Shown piece after piece: positions 13,390 to 26,579 of a DNA stretch of 64,000 nucleotides (position 1 is its first letter; each line of letters starts with the position of its first letter). Origin of the DNA: Hemiscyllium ocellatum (Eukaryota); contig NC_083405.1 of the NCBI RefSeq assembly GCF_020745735.1, positions 72,258,345 to 72,322,344 of the forward strand, given 5' to 3'. The notes beneath the pieces are model-generated. The model saw only the letters and a list, made by a program, of their open reading frames with translations. It was not told the DNA's origin and made no database searches. Both the position numbers and the translations under genes were made by a program.

Positions 13390-14500
13390 GACATAATATT
13401 TGGATTTCCAGAAGGTTTTTGATAAGGTACCACAAATTTAGCTGGTTTAGTGAAAATAAAATAAATAACTCATGATGTTGGAGATAGCATATTAGCACAT
13501 GGATAGAGGTTATTCTAACTAATAGAAGATAGAGAACTAGGATAAGGAGGGCATTTTCAGGACAACAGCCTGCAACTAATAAAGTACCATAGGGATAGGC
13601 AGCTGGTGAGGTCTGCAGAGTGGAATGTGAGACTAGTCATACATGGTCCTGACTGGCATCCTAGATGACCACATGTGCAGAAGTGCTCCCAACTGCAGAA
13701 ACCTGAGCTTCATGTTCTGGAGCTCAAGCAGTGGCTGAAGACACTACAGCAAATCCACAAGGCTGTGATTAAGTGGATTGCATATTGAGAGATGGGGTCA
13801 TACCACAGGAGGGGAGTAAGTGATCACCAGGTAGTCAAAGAAAATCAAGGTGGTAGTGCAGATGTATCTGGGGGTCCAGATCATAAATTGGTTTTCCATT
13901 GTGGACGTTAAAGATGGTGCTGGCTCCCTAAGGGAGTGCAGACAGACCAAACTTCTGGCACCACAAGTGGCCTGACTGTTCAGGAGGGAAGCAAGATGAA
14001 AGCAGGAATAATACTGATAGAGGATTCATTAGTTCAAGGGAATGCAGACATCATTCTAGGATAGTGTGTTGCCTCCTGGTGCCAGTGTCAGGAATATTGC
14101 CGAACACTGTGGGGCATCCTGAAGAAGGGTGTTAAGTCAGGGATTATGGGTTTACATTGGTACCAATGATATATAGGTAGAATGTGAAATTAAGTTTTGC
14201 ATCAACAATTCAAAGAGCTAGGCAGTAGACTGAAAAGCAGGGCTTTTAAATGTTGTAATATCTCAATTAAGTCTGATGCTATGTGAGAGCAAGTACAAGA
14301 ATAAAATAGGGCAGATGAACGTGTGGCTCAAGGATTGGTACATGAGGGAGGCTTTTAGATTCCTGGATCACTGGAACCATTTTTTTGGGGAAGGTTGAAC
14401 CTGTTAAATAGGAAAAACTACACCTGAACTAGAAGGGGACCAGCGTCTTTACGGGTGGTTTTCTAGTGCTAATGGGAGAAGTATAAACTAATTCAAAATT
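13390..14500 (+). mobile_element. CR1 fragments: short RT piece followed by decayed ORF1 (zinc-binding/coiled coil and SGNH esterase)
   Basis: YLDFQKVFDKVPQ-like at ~13400; HMCRKC.QL, DSLV, VCCL.GA and IGTNDI-like segments at 13670-14170. Confidence 0.75.
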
Positions 14501-14570
14501 AGGGGAAATAGAACATTAGTTCAACAGGGACACAGCACACTTTAATAAAGGAATCAAGTCAGAGGGAGTT

Positions 14571-14832
14571 CACCGCTCCACTCTCCTCTCCAAACTATCA
14601 CCATTACCCCCACCTCCATCTACCTATCACACTATCAGCGACCGTCCCCCAGCCCCAACCCCCTCCCATTTATCTCTCCATCCTCTCGGCTCACAGGCCT
14701 CATTCCTGATGAATGGATCTTGCCCGAAACATTGATTCTCCTGCTCCTCAGATGCTGCTTGACCTGCCCTGCTTTTCCAGCATCACACTCTCGACTCTGA
14801 CCTCCAGCATCTGCAGTCTTCACTTTCTCCTC
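14571..14832 (+). mobile_element. PLE family A 3' end (pLTR plus tail) with hammerhead-like core
   Basis: CTGATGA at 14706, GAAA at 14726; ends ctgcagtcttcactttctcct. Confidence 0.85.
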
Positions 14833-15838
14833 GAGGTTTAATGGTGCATATTTGTAATATTACAGTTATAAAATCGAATATTAACTGAGCCCGCCTGTTG
14901 AAAACCTGGCGGGCTCAAGTTGACCATCCTTTTTAAACCTTTTGATTTTATGCTGCAAGACACTGTCAATTTCATGCCCAGAGAGTTCAAATAAAATTAC
15001 CCCATAGTATCATGATTTTGCAGAACCGAGCACCTATTTGGCTTTCAACCTTTGTCTTGCACCACCATCCTGTGCCTTTCCCTCATTTCTCAGTCAAAAC
15101 CTGACTCCTTAAGGAAACATTAGTGTCTGACATTTCAACAATGATTCATCTTTATTACATCTGTTTTAAGTTTAGTTAAATTATTTAACTGATCGATTCA
15201 TTAAAAATTGTAATGAATTATAAATAAGCATGCTATTAAATCTACATTGTATCTGGTTCACAGAAAAAGATCAAGAGAGTATTCATAGATAATTAATCCT
15301 TCTCAACTATGAAAACAAAACCATTAGCTCAGATCCAGCAGAGCAGGGAGCACAGAAATATTTGCTTATGTCTGAAAAAAAATGCAAGATTAATAATGCA
15401 GCATTAATTATCTGAGGTTTAACAGAACCGTTAATTGTCTCAGATTATTAAGATTAGCCTATTCAGGTTTTTAAGCTTCCATAATTAACAGAAGATTGTG
15501 CTGAAGAATATATTGACATATCCTTTACCAGAATCTGGGAATCTATCATGCACAAACCTCTGCAAGAAATCCTCCTAGTTATTTTTTTTTCATTCTACAA
15601 GTAAATTGCCGTACTAATAGTAATGGAAACCTCATAGTAGCAAATGCAACAGGAGATAGTCAAGACCCACTTGGGAAAGTGCACCGATACTCAATGACCA
15701 CTACACCTCGGATCATCATAAAAGTTAAAGTTTCAGTTAAATTTCTCCAAGTCCCAAATTTACCTGTCTAATGGATTGAGACAAATGCAAAATGCTGACC
15801 AAGTTTCTGTACTTAACATGAACTACTATTTATTCCAA

Positions 15839-16060
15839 GCTGAAAATGTGTTGCTGGAAAAGCGCAGCAGGCCAGGCAGCTTCCAGAGAGCAGGAGAATT
15901 GACATTTCGGGCATGAGCCCTCCTTCAGGAATTACTGAAGAAGGGCTCATGCCCGAAATGTTGATTCTCCTGCTCTTTGGATGCTGCCTGACCTGCTGCG
16001 CTTTTCCAGCAACACATTTTCAGCTCTGATCTCCAGCATCTGCAGTCCTCACTTTCTCCT
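15839..16060. mobile_element. Miniature fold-back PLE (family A), ~94-bp arms plus 35-nt tail
   Basis: Inverted arms 15838-15931 and 15932-16025; hammerhead core CTGAAGA at 15935, GAAA at 15955; 16-bp TSD ctactatttattccaa at 15823-15838 and 16061-16076. Confidence 0.9.
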
Positions 16061-16254
16061 CTACTATTTATTCCAAACCAAAATAAACACAGGCAAGCAA
16101 AAAAATATGAATTATTGACAGATAACTCTACTCGCTGAAACTCTGAACCCTTTGCAAACCCCCACACACTTGCAGACACAGACAAACAAACAAAAATGGA
16201 TATTATGGGTGGAAGATAAAATATCAGGAAAACATAGTTGAATAGCTGAACTAA

Positions 16255-17290
16255 TCTAAAAGGGTAAACTGGCAAGAAAAATAAAAACTGAAAATGGGAG
16301 CTTTTGTCAATATATAAAAAGGAAGAGAGAGGTCAAAATGAGCATAAACCCCTGAGAAAATGAATCTGGGGAGATTGTTATTAGAAACAACGAAATGCCA
16401 GTGAGTTAAATGGATATTTTGCTTCAGTCTTTACATTGGAAGTTACTTCGAACATCCAATTAATACTGAATAATAAGGGGAGAAATTAAATACCATCACG
16501 ATCACTGGAGAATTAGTATTAGACAAATTAATGGAGCTAAAGGCAGATAAGACCCTGACCATATCTCAAAAGAGGTAGCTATCAAGATTGTGGATAAATG
16601 GGGTGAGATTTTCCAAAATACTTTGGATTCTGGAGAAATACCAGAGATTGGAAAACTGCCAACGTGACAGCCCTATTCAGAAAGGGAAGGAGGCAAAAAG
16701 CACAATGCGACTAACCCGATTAGCCTAACCTCTATGATGAGAAAAATGTTGGAATCAATTATTAAGGAAGTGAGAGTAGCACATTTGTAAAATTGTAATC
16801 TAACCAAGCACAGTAAACATGGCTTCATGAAAGGGAAATTGTGTTGATGAATTTATTAGATTTTTTTGAGAAAATCTCAACCAGATTGGAGAGAGAGGAA
16901 CCAGTAGATCGTTGTATTTGCAGTCCCAGAAGACATTTGCCAAGGCACCTCACAAAAGGTTAAGGATTAAGACAAGAACCCATGGTACTGGATTGAGAAT
17001 TGGCTAATGGGCAGGACACAGCAAGTGGAGATAGAGGGTTCTTTTTCAGGTTAGCAACCTGTAACCAGTAGGGCATCACAGGAATCATTGCTGGGAGTGT
17101 AAATGTGTAGAGGAAGGAAGCATATGTACTATAGCAAAATCTGTAGACAACATAAAAATAGATGGAAAGGCATGTGGAGTCGAGAGAACAGTTTATACAG
17201 AGATATTGATAGGTTACCTGACTGGATAAAAAGTCGACAAAACAAGTCGACTGTTGGAAAATGTGAAGAAGTTCATTTTGGAAGGAACAT
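16255..17290 (+). mobile_element. Decayed CR1 ORF2/RT fragment
   Basis: DWKTANVTALF, PISLTS, HGFMKGK and GKCEEVHFGR segments. Confidence 0.85.
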
Positions 17291-17469
17291 TTCATTCCAT
17301 TTCATTACTTCATTGCAGAAAGTGAAAAAAAGAGAGATGCTCTCTCTTGCTGTCTGGAGACCTTCTGCCCTGTATTGTTCACACACAAGGCAAATACATT
17401 TCCAGGACCAAATCAGAGGTTTATTGTTATGCTGATAACTCCTGGCCTCCACAACTATGCAGGGGAAGA

Positions 17470-17690
17470 TCATGGTTTAATGGTATTATCACTAGATTCT
17501 CAATTCAGATACCCAGATAATGTCATGGGGACCTGGGTTTAAATCCTGCTATGGCTGATAAAGGGATTTGAATTCAATTTGTCTGGATTTAAAAGTCTAA
17601 CGATAACTATTGTTGGAAGAATCCATCTGGTTAAGTAGTGCCTTTTTGGGAAGGAAACTAACATATATAACTTCAGATCCGCACCAATAG
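17470..17690 (+). mobile_element. tRNA-derived SINE (SacSINE1/DeuSINE-like), interrupted by a PLE fold-back
   Basis: ggggacctgggtttaaatcc B-box, gatttgaattcaat and ccatctggtt...gggaaggaaa. Confidence 0.65.
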
Positions 17691-17692
17691 CT

Positions 17693-17908
17693 AGGAGAAA
17701 GTGAGGACTGCAGATTTTTGAGATCAGAGTTGAGAATGTGGTACTGGAAAAGCACAGCAGGTCAGGCAGCATCCAAGGAGCAGGAGAATTGACATTTCAG
17801 GCAAAACCCTTCATCTGGAATCCTGATGAAGGGCTTTGCCCAAAACGCGGATTCTCCTGATCCTCAGATGCTCCCTGACCTGCTGTGCTTTTTCAGCACC
17901 CCACTCTC
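17693..17908. mobile_element. Miniature fold-back PLE (family A)
   Basis: Tail aggagaaagtgaggactgcag, then inverted arms centred on catctggaatcctgatg (~17820). Confidence 0.88.
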
Positions 17909-20521
17909 CACACAATAACTGTCTTCTGGCCATTAGGGAGGGTTAATAAGTACTGATATAACATCCTACTTATCCTTGAATAAATTAAAATAATATTTAA
18001 GACCCAAACATTCTGTTTCTGTGTGAAACTTTCTCTGAACAAATAGACTGTGCTGTTGGATTTCAAACAATTTCTCCCACTGACTAACAGTGTAAACACA
18101 ATCAAAAATTGCAGCAACTCCTTCTTGGTTAGAAACAGTTATTTTTGTCAATTTGTTAAACACTCCAAAATAAAAAAAAGATTTGGTCTTCACAATTAAA
18201 TGTGTTCGTCTGTGTCATAATATGTATATAAATGATTATGTGCATGTGTGTTTATGTAAAACAATTAACATCTTATTTTTATTGCTCATTTTATTAAAAT
18301 ATTTCCTCTCTGTTAAATTTTAAAATGGTAGTATCAAGGTACAGTTTGAGGAAAACAAGTTTGCTTTATGTGACCAGCCGTTAGCTTTCTGAAGCACCAA
18401 TTGTGCTGATAATTCAGTCCACATAAAGCAACAATGGCAATATACCAACACTCAGGAAAGCTGCACACAGGAATGGTTTCTTTCCAAGCCTTCTCTATGC
18501 AATTAATCAAATAAGGTGTTCAAATTCTGACATCAACAACCTGCATTAGCATTTTCTACATCGTTGACTTGCTGTTTGGCAGCAGCACAGGCTTCATTAT
18601 GGCCTCCAGACAACATAACTGTGTGGTGACCTTTTAGGGGACTTATTTTGAGTTATTAGATAGGAATTATAAAAGGGCAATTTATGTACTTTATTGACTG
18701 TAGGTGGGCTGTAATTTTCATTGCCATTAAATAACGTGGAAAACAAGACAATTTTGAATTTGAATTAATTCAATTTGAACCAATTTGATTTTAACCAGTG
18801 CAAATTACACATTATTTAAGAAATTGGAACAATGCCATTTTGTTCTTTGGGAAAAACGTTATTATTATTTATATTATATTTGTGTCAATGGAGTGGCTAG
18901 CACATGTTTCAGTTGGTTCAAGTTAGGGATTGATTTGTAATTTATATTTCTTCTAAGCCTGCATTACACTGTGATGCTGTACTGTGATTATGAAATACCA
19001 GTGCATCAGCAAGACCACTGATTTGACCTCCAACACAACCCCACTCCTGTCCATGTTTCAATATGCTCCAAGTGCTAATCATAAACATACAAAAGTAATA
19101 GGATGAAGCTAACTAGTCTATCAAGCCTAGTCTATACCATGATGGTTGGAGACATGTTGAGACACTTCTTTTCCCCACCCACAGAGCTATCTGAAAGAGC
19201 AAAAAGCAAAGTACATCAGGAAATAAATACTCTAGAAATTTCCCCTCCAAAACCCACAAAAAATGAAAACCATTCTAGATAATTGCATGGACCAAGTGAT
19301 GTCAACATCTTCATGTTCATCTGCAAAAGCTTCAATTTGTCTCAATCTCTTTCTCCTGCATCCTATTCAATTCTAAATCATATTCACCTGTTGAACTAGC
19401 CCTCACAACTTTCATTATTTTCTGTGACTAATGAGGTGGATTTTATGATTATGTGCTGGGGCCAGTCTTGGGGGAGGGACTTCTACCCCAGGCACAGGAC
19501 CTCTTGCCCTTGAGAACTCCGATCAATTTGATTAGCCGGCAACTGAGAAGTCCCAACTCTGCCAGGAGCAAGTTTTCGTCATCACTGGGGTTTCAGTGAG
19601 TCCCACGAAGAAGGAAGCAAGGGAGAGACATTAAGGCAAGTCCAGAAAATTTGTTCAGAGAGGAACTGGGGACCGTAGCAAGATGGGGGTGCAGAGGTAG
19701 TGAGATTTTAGAAGCTGGTTTAAGATGCTTGGGTAAGGTACCATCTTGGGATTCTGCCCCAAAGGACATTGTTATACTTCCTTTCTTCCTTTTACTCTAA
19801 GCCATTAAACTTTGCAGAATGTTCACTTTGCATTTAGCTTTCCCATTCAAAGTTTTGAGGTAGCTTTAAGTTTTAATTTTGTTTTAATAATACCTTTTGT
19901 TAAAAATTTCCTTGAAGTATAGCTTTTGGAACTTATCTTTGATGAGCTCCCTGTAACCTATATCCATTTGCTCCTTTGACTCTGTTTTTTTTTCTCTCCT
20001 GACCAACTGCCAACCAGCCTCCATCCCACTACAAGCTTCTTTTGGTGCAATATAAAGTTAACTTATTATTACTAAAAGAGGAGACATTGATAATGTACAA
20101 TACGCATTTTAATAATTGTCTCCTCATTTGACTGGTGAGTAGATTAGAACTTTCCTAAATTTGGCAAAAGATTCCTTTGTCCAGGTTACAATTATCACCT
20201 TATTTACAGTGAGTCACAGATTTAATATACATTTTATATAATTATTGTTTTCAGCCTTGCTGTGTAAATTATTATCAATTAATAACTTTCATAAGCGATC
20301 ATTTTTAATTTGCTTGCTGTAGGTTGCTACAATGCTCATTTGTACATCTTTTTAAGAAAAGAGATTTCTTATGATCAAAATTAAAAATTACTTCAGCCTC
20401 AATCGCAGATTTGGACTCATATCATTTGCCTAAATGCAAATGCAAAAACTGTGGGTATATTTCCCACAGTTCGTCAAAAGTTCAAATGAAACTTATCTAC
20501 CATAGAATAAAAATTGCTTAC

Positions 20522-20649
20522 TGTCTCCTTGGCAACGCAATGGACCAACTGCAAGTCTTGCTTCAGATCCTGAACGGCTCGTGTCTCCAACCAATACCTG
20601 GCTTACAGGCAGATGACTTTTGTAGGCAAGAAGGCCAGTATCTTTCCTC
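20522..20649 (-). CDS. CNTNAP2: CNTNAP2 internal coding exon, equivalent to exon 15, end of fibrinogen-like domain
   Basis: Minus strand ttctttttcAG|GAGGAAAGAT...GGAGACA|GTaagc, 128 bp. Its first base completes the TG|G Trp codon from the 31730-31886 exon. Translates [42 protein letters not shown] (inside ORF 20493..20687), closer to CNTNAP2 (RKDAG...VSQVVVGDT...[10 protein letters not shown]) than to CNTNAP1/4/5. Confidence 0.96.
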
Positions 20650-21903
20650 CTGAAAAAGAATTGGTGGACAAAAGGATAAATTATCATGTTTGAAAATGTC
20701 TACTTATCTCAACTCGAGCTTAAGCAGTATAGATGTTGCATTCTTTTGCATATTGCAACTAAAAAGTACAATGCCTTGGTAAACATTTTGTATTTGCTTT
20801 CAAACACAAATTGAAAAGTTACAAATGTCTTGGAAGTATCATGTGACATCATTAAATGAAAATATAAGCCACTTGGTTTTAATTTTCTCATGCTAAAAAT
20901 CATTTGTCAAAACATTTTACAGTGCTTTTTAAACTGGCCAACTAGCTTTGATCAATCAGCTGGAATGATAGGAAGGTGCCCTTGAATTGGTACTGCAGAC
21001 TTGGGAAGGGGGTATTCCACCTTTCACTGACTATTAGTTTGCAGGGTTCAATCTGTCAGGCTACATATTAGGCACATTAAAATGGAGTGGTGGAGGCTGA
21101 AACCTTTAGTTGGCATTGATTCCCTGAAGGGCCTCAACTGAGCCATAGACATGTAGCCAAGTCAAAAGCATGGCAGGAAAGTTGGGGGCCAGCTAACGAC
21201 AAGCAGATGGCAGATAACATAGTAAGCCAATGCACAGGTCCACACACCTGTCATCCCAGCAATTATTCACCCTTAAAATTCAACCCTGTGCTTCTACCCC
21301 ACTGGATATTCAATTATCCCAGCCAAGAATGAGAATCCCAAAGGATGTGTAGCCTTCTCACACCTACGGTAAAGGCTGTCTTACATTGATTAGCAAGGAA
21401 CATAGGGAGGGATTAAACTAATTTCTCATTGTCCATGTCGGAACAAGTGACATAGGAGGAAATCCTCCTGAAAGTATATGTTCTAATTTAAAAAGCAGGA
21501 CCTCCAGGATAATCTCTAATTTTATTGAACCAGCTACATATAAACTAGTTTTGGAGTTGACTGATGAGGAGAATATAGGAATGAGGAGTCCCTTTTAACA
21601 GGACACTGACATTAGTTCTGGCACAAAAAGTTGTTTTGCCAATGGGATACATTCCACCCAAGGCCAGGGAAAGACATGATAAGGCTTTGTGCTTCTACTT
21701 CTGTCTCTTACAACCCCCACCTCACCTGTCTCTCATATCCTTCAGCTGTCCAGAAAAAACAAGACTGAACGTAAAATATGGAGATGAAAAACAGACAGGT
21801 GGAATAGTTGTTGGGGATAATAAAATGTGTTTTATAAATTCATGGGATGTGGAAATAGCCTGCATTTATTGCCTATCACTGATTGCCTTGGAGAAGATGG
21901 TAC

Positions 21904-22512
21904 TGTTATGGACCAGGCCTGACCCCCTCAAAACATTTCAAGAAGGTAGCCCAGACTCTAACTTATCTAGTTGTTTTAAGCAGGTTTAAAGTGGATATTC
22001 CAGGAGTGATGCAGCTGGTCAAACCACTCAGTTGTAAACAAAATAGAATTTATTGTAGACTACTGAGTGAAACATAAGCAAAATAAAGCAGAAATCCCAA
22101 CTTAACAAAGAGCTGCTCTGATTTTCTGCAACATCCCATCAAACACACCCCTTAGCAACAAGGTAAATTCAAACACAGATTCTTCCAGGAGAGAAAGATT
22201 GCAGAGGGGATCAGCCAGGGACAATTGGCTGAAATATGGAACCACATTTTGTTCCCAGTAGCTTCTTTGGGTCATAGCTAAAACTAAACCAAACTAGAAA
22301 CATCCCTGAACTGGAAGAACTGGCCACCCCCTTCATTATACAAGTGTTTTCAAAATAAACCCTAAAAGCCTTTTCCTTGGTTGTTGCCTGAGGCAGTATC
22401 TGTTAGCCATAATCAAAGTGACCTTATCCCAGACAAATCAGAACCTGTGCCTTTTACAACCCCTTTTGAAAGAAAAACAACATAACTTTGTTAAAGGAGC
22501 AGCATCATCACA
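21904..22512. mobile_element. Solo LTR
   Basis: TGTTATG...CATCACA termini, near-TSD gtac/gtag; host LINE is continuous on both sides. Confidence 0.65.
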
Positions 22513-23739
22513 GTAGTGAGTACCCTTCTTGAACATCTGTGGTACTTAAGGTAATGGGACAATCTGCAGTGCTGTTAAGAAGGAAATTTCAGGATGCTAA
22601 CACAGTGACAGTTAAGGAATAGGAATGCAATTCCAAGTTAGGACAAAGTGTAACTTGGAAGGAACATGCAGATGATGAATTTGCCATGGATCTGTTTTCC
22701 CATTGACTTTCTAGGTAGTAGAAGTCACAGGTTTTGAAGATGCTGTCTAAGGACGTTTGGTGACTTACTGCATTACGTCTTGTAGATGGTAACACAACTG
22801 CCACTGTGCATCAGTGGTGAAGGGAGTGAACATTGAAGAGGTGGACGTGGTGCCAATCAAACTGATGGCTTTATCCTGGATGGTGTTAAGCTTCCTGAAT
22901 TTTGTTGAAGCTTCCAGGCAAGTGGAGAATATTCTATTACAATTGCCACAAAATTTCTAACCTCTGATCCATTTTTTGTAGCAAATTTTATATGGCTGGT
23001 CCCAGTTCTTTTATTGGAAAATGGTGGCCCCAAAGAAGTTGACAGTAGGGCACTCAGTAGCAGTAATATGATTGAGGTCAAGAGTGATGGTTGGGTTCTC
23101 TTTTATTGCAGAAGATCACTACTTATATGGCATGAATGTTACTCACCACTTGCCAGCCCAAACCTGGATATTGTACAGGTTTAGTTACATAACGAATACA
23201 GACTGCTTCAATATTTGTGGAGTTCTGAAGGGTGCTTAACATTGTGTAATTATTAATGAACTTTCCCCCTTTGACTTTATGATGGAGGGAATGTCATTGA
23301 TGAAGTAGCTGAAGGTGGTTAGGCCAATATTATTATTCTGAGGAATTCATACAGTGATGCCCTACGGCTGAGATGATTGACCTCCAATGACTGCCGCAAC
23401 ATTCCTTTATGCTCGGTATAACTCAAACCAGTTGAAAGTTTTCTTTCTTATTTCTGTGTCTGCAGTTTTGCTCAGGAGCCTTGATGTCACACTCAGTCAA
23501 ATGCCTTGATGTCAATAACAGCCACTCTCACCTCACTTCTGGGGTTCAACTCCTTTATCAATATTTTGACCAAGGCTGTAACAAGATCAAATGCTGCATA
23601 TGTCTGATAGAACCTAAATCAAGCATCAGTGAATGGTTTAATATGAGCCACTTGATAGAATCATTGATGACAACCTCCATTGCTTTGCTGATGATTAAGA
23701 GTAGACTGATGAGGCAATAATTGGCTGACTTTGATTTGT

Positions 23740-23795
23740 AGAAAGTGAGGATTGCAGATGCTGCCTGACCTGCTGTGCTTTTCCAGCACATGTTT
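23740..23795. mobile_element. 56-bp inverted PLE family A insertion
   Basis: Antisense tail joined to sense pLTR through gatgctg microhomology; 14-bp TSD tgactttgatttgt at 23726-23739 and 23796-23809. Confidence 0.82.
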
Positions 23796-25139
23796 TGACT
23801 TTGATTTGTCTTGTTTTTGTGGAAAGGATGTACTTTCCACCTTGTTAGGTAGATGCCAGTGTTGTAGCTGTACTAGAACTCCCTGATTAAGGGAGAGGCT
23901 AGGTCTGGAACACCATTATTCAGTACTTTGCTGAGGTATTACAACAAGTGAATCAAATCTTGTGGTCATCTGATGCTCAAGTGGGGGCATATTCTAACAG
24001 AGCAGGAAGTCTGACAGACTGTTCCTCTCTTTGCATAAAAGCCTTAAGATCAATTGAAATCTCTGCTATTGAAGTGCCTGATCTTCTAACTCGACACCGA
24101 GAGCAATCAGATCTGGCATTTAGCAATATAAATTGCTTAATGAGTACTGTATTTATCAATTGATTATTTATGTTGTAGCATAACTTAACACTCCAAATAT
24201 CTAAACAATATGGAATATCATGTGTCTTGGGTCCCAAAGATGCACAATGGTTCACAAAAATGATTTGAAGGTGATATGCAATAATTGAATTTATTCTGAA
24301 ATAATGTTTTTCATTATTATATTATTTTGGTAATCAGGTTCACATGTTTGTTATTTTCTGAAATGGACTTAAATTGGTTTTCCAGATTATAGAGTTACAT
24401 AGTGTAAAATTTTTTGAATCAATATTTTTTGATATACATTTTGGATAGTAAACGAACTTAAATTCTCATTTGTCACTATCATTAGATTGCATGCTTTAAC
24501 AGTTGAGTGGTTGGACTGAATTAAAAAGCAGGTGAGGAAGAATATGATGTGAAATGCATTGATTCTAAAACATAAGTACACATCAATTGCACATACTTGG
24601 GGTATGTTGCAGTTGTTGAAGGGAAATCATATCTTCAGATACAGCGTGAAACACTGGTCACTTTGAAAACACATAATTCTCCTTCCTGAGGCTTGTTCCT
24701 TCACTGATTATTTTAGTAATTTAATGGCACATGTACAAATCACATTAAAGTTGAAATTTTTCCCTGATTACAAGATCTTAAACATATTTGCTTAAATGAT
24801 GGTTAAATGTGTTAAAATTTAACTTTCGAGTCTCAAAGAAGAAATGTACGGTTGTGAGTTTAATGGGTCTTCAGGGCCTCACCATTTACATTGATTCACA
24901 TTGATTTGTATTTAGACTTATTCGAATAAGATATGGTGGATGTTGGTGTGTACCTGGCATTAATAAATTGGGGTGTTTTGGGTTGATTTATTTGTAAGTT
25001 GAACCCAGTGAAACAATACGTTTTGCATTTTTTGTTTTAAGTTTACGGTATATCTGTTTTTGGATGAATTAAGGTTAAATATAGAGTAATGCATTTCTTC
25101 TTTCCATGTATGGATTCACCTATTTCTATGCCATTCAAG

Positions 25140-25465
25140 GTCTGTGCAAAAATTTGTAGCTCTGGTGCCGATAGCTGTAGTTGCAGGTATGTTCGCTGAG
25201 CTGGGAAGTTAATTTGCAGACATTTTGTCCCTGTTTAGGTGCTTTCGAGCCTCATGTGAAGCACCGCTGTACTGTTTCTTCTGGAATTTATTTTGTTCTG
25301 TTCCTGCTACTTCCAGTTGCTGGTTCGAGTTGTTCATTGTAGTGGCGGATATATTGGGTCTCAGGCTGTGTGCTTGTTGATGAAGTCTGTGGGTAAGTGC
25401 CATGTTTCTAGAAATTCTCTGGCTGTCCTGTGTTTGGCATGTGCTTTGGTTGTTGTGGCCACGTT
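25140..25465 (-). mobile_element. PLE 3' fragment of a third family (Poseidon-like GIY-YIG C-terminus)
   Basis: AKHRTAREFLETWH...INKH...DPIY.PLQ, followed by a 3' UTR ending gagctacaaat. Confidence 0.7.
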
Positions 25466-25469
25466 TTGA

Positions 25470-25905
25470 TCAAACTCCTTGTTGGAGCATGAGGTGGTGC
25501 CAATACAGCCATCAATATAGCACCAGAAAAGGTGGGGGATGGTGTCAGTGTAACTGCGGAAGGTAGACTGTTCACATATCCGATGAAGAAGCAGTCATAG
25601 CTGGGGCCCATGCAGGAGCCCATTACTACCCCTTTGGGGTCTGAAGGAAGTTGGAGGATTCGAATGAGAAGTTGTTGAGGGTGAGGACCAGTTCAGCCAA
25701 TCGAATTAGTGTGTTGGTGGAGGGGTACTGGTTGGGTCAGCAGGAGAGGAAGAAACAGAGAGCTTGGAGGCCTTCGCCATGGTGGTTGGACATGTATAGG
25801 GGATGGGTGTCCATGATGAAGATGAGGCATTGGGAACTGGGGAAACAAAAATCCTGGAGGAGGTGGAAGTTATGGGTGGTGTCCCAAATTTATGTGGGGA
25901 GGTAC
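25470..25905 (-). mobile_element. PLE reverse transcriptase fragment
   Basis: MGSCMGPSYDCFFIGYV in ORF 25408..25623, with upstream LIRLAELVLTLNNFSF. Confidence 0.8.
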
Positions 25906-26579
25906 TCGCCTCCAGCAGGTTTACATCTGTATTTGGACTGGAGTGAAAGTTATATTTTTACCAGGCCGTGAGCAACTCCAACAAGAAAAAGCCTGACAAC
26001 CTCTACTAACCGTGAATGGAGCCACCACAACTGAGTCCTCCACCAGCAACACCCTGGGTTGTCCCCTTCTAATCACAAGTGAAACTAGATCTAGGTAAAC
26101 ACAACCAACAATAATAAAAGGTGGGAACCCTGCTGTCTTTCCATCTCCATCTGATTAAATCCATACCAGGAAATCCTGCAGATGGCTGTGCTCCTTCTGC
26201 CAATTGAGACAGGCCATTACTTAGTATTAATCCAATGGAGAGTAGAGGCTCACTGAGCAATGAACACAACAAGCAAAACCCTGTGAGACGTTTTGAGGGC
26301 TTCCTTAGTGTTCCTCATTCAAAAGTACTCAGTGTGTAATTGAGGGAGCTGGAGTTGTGAGATGGGAGGTGCCCTCTGAGAGTTACACCAATCTCCTTCT
26401 CCCAAGCTGCTGCTGGGCCTGCAGTTGAAGCTCCCACAGCCACCACTCTATTGTGGCCTGCGATTAAGGAATGGTAAAAGCCATCAATTGTATAGTACCG
26501 ATGGAAGAGATATACATTGTATAGAAGCTCAGCTTTGTGTCAAGCTACAGTTGTGAGCAGTCTACTCCAGTGTGAGACC

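Larger units (their letters stand above)
21835..23930 (-). mobile_element. Decayed L2/Crack-type LINE 3' portion
   Basis: ANYCLISLLLIISKAMEVVINDSIK in ORF 23558..23791; 3' tail near 21840 (gggatgtgg...gcatttattgcc); interrupted by an LTR and a 56-bp PLE. Confidence 0.78.

Noticed and set aside
20411-20653. 80-aa plus-strand ORF
   Set aside because: Antisense shadow of the CNTNAP2 exon; the same applies to 31707..31916.
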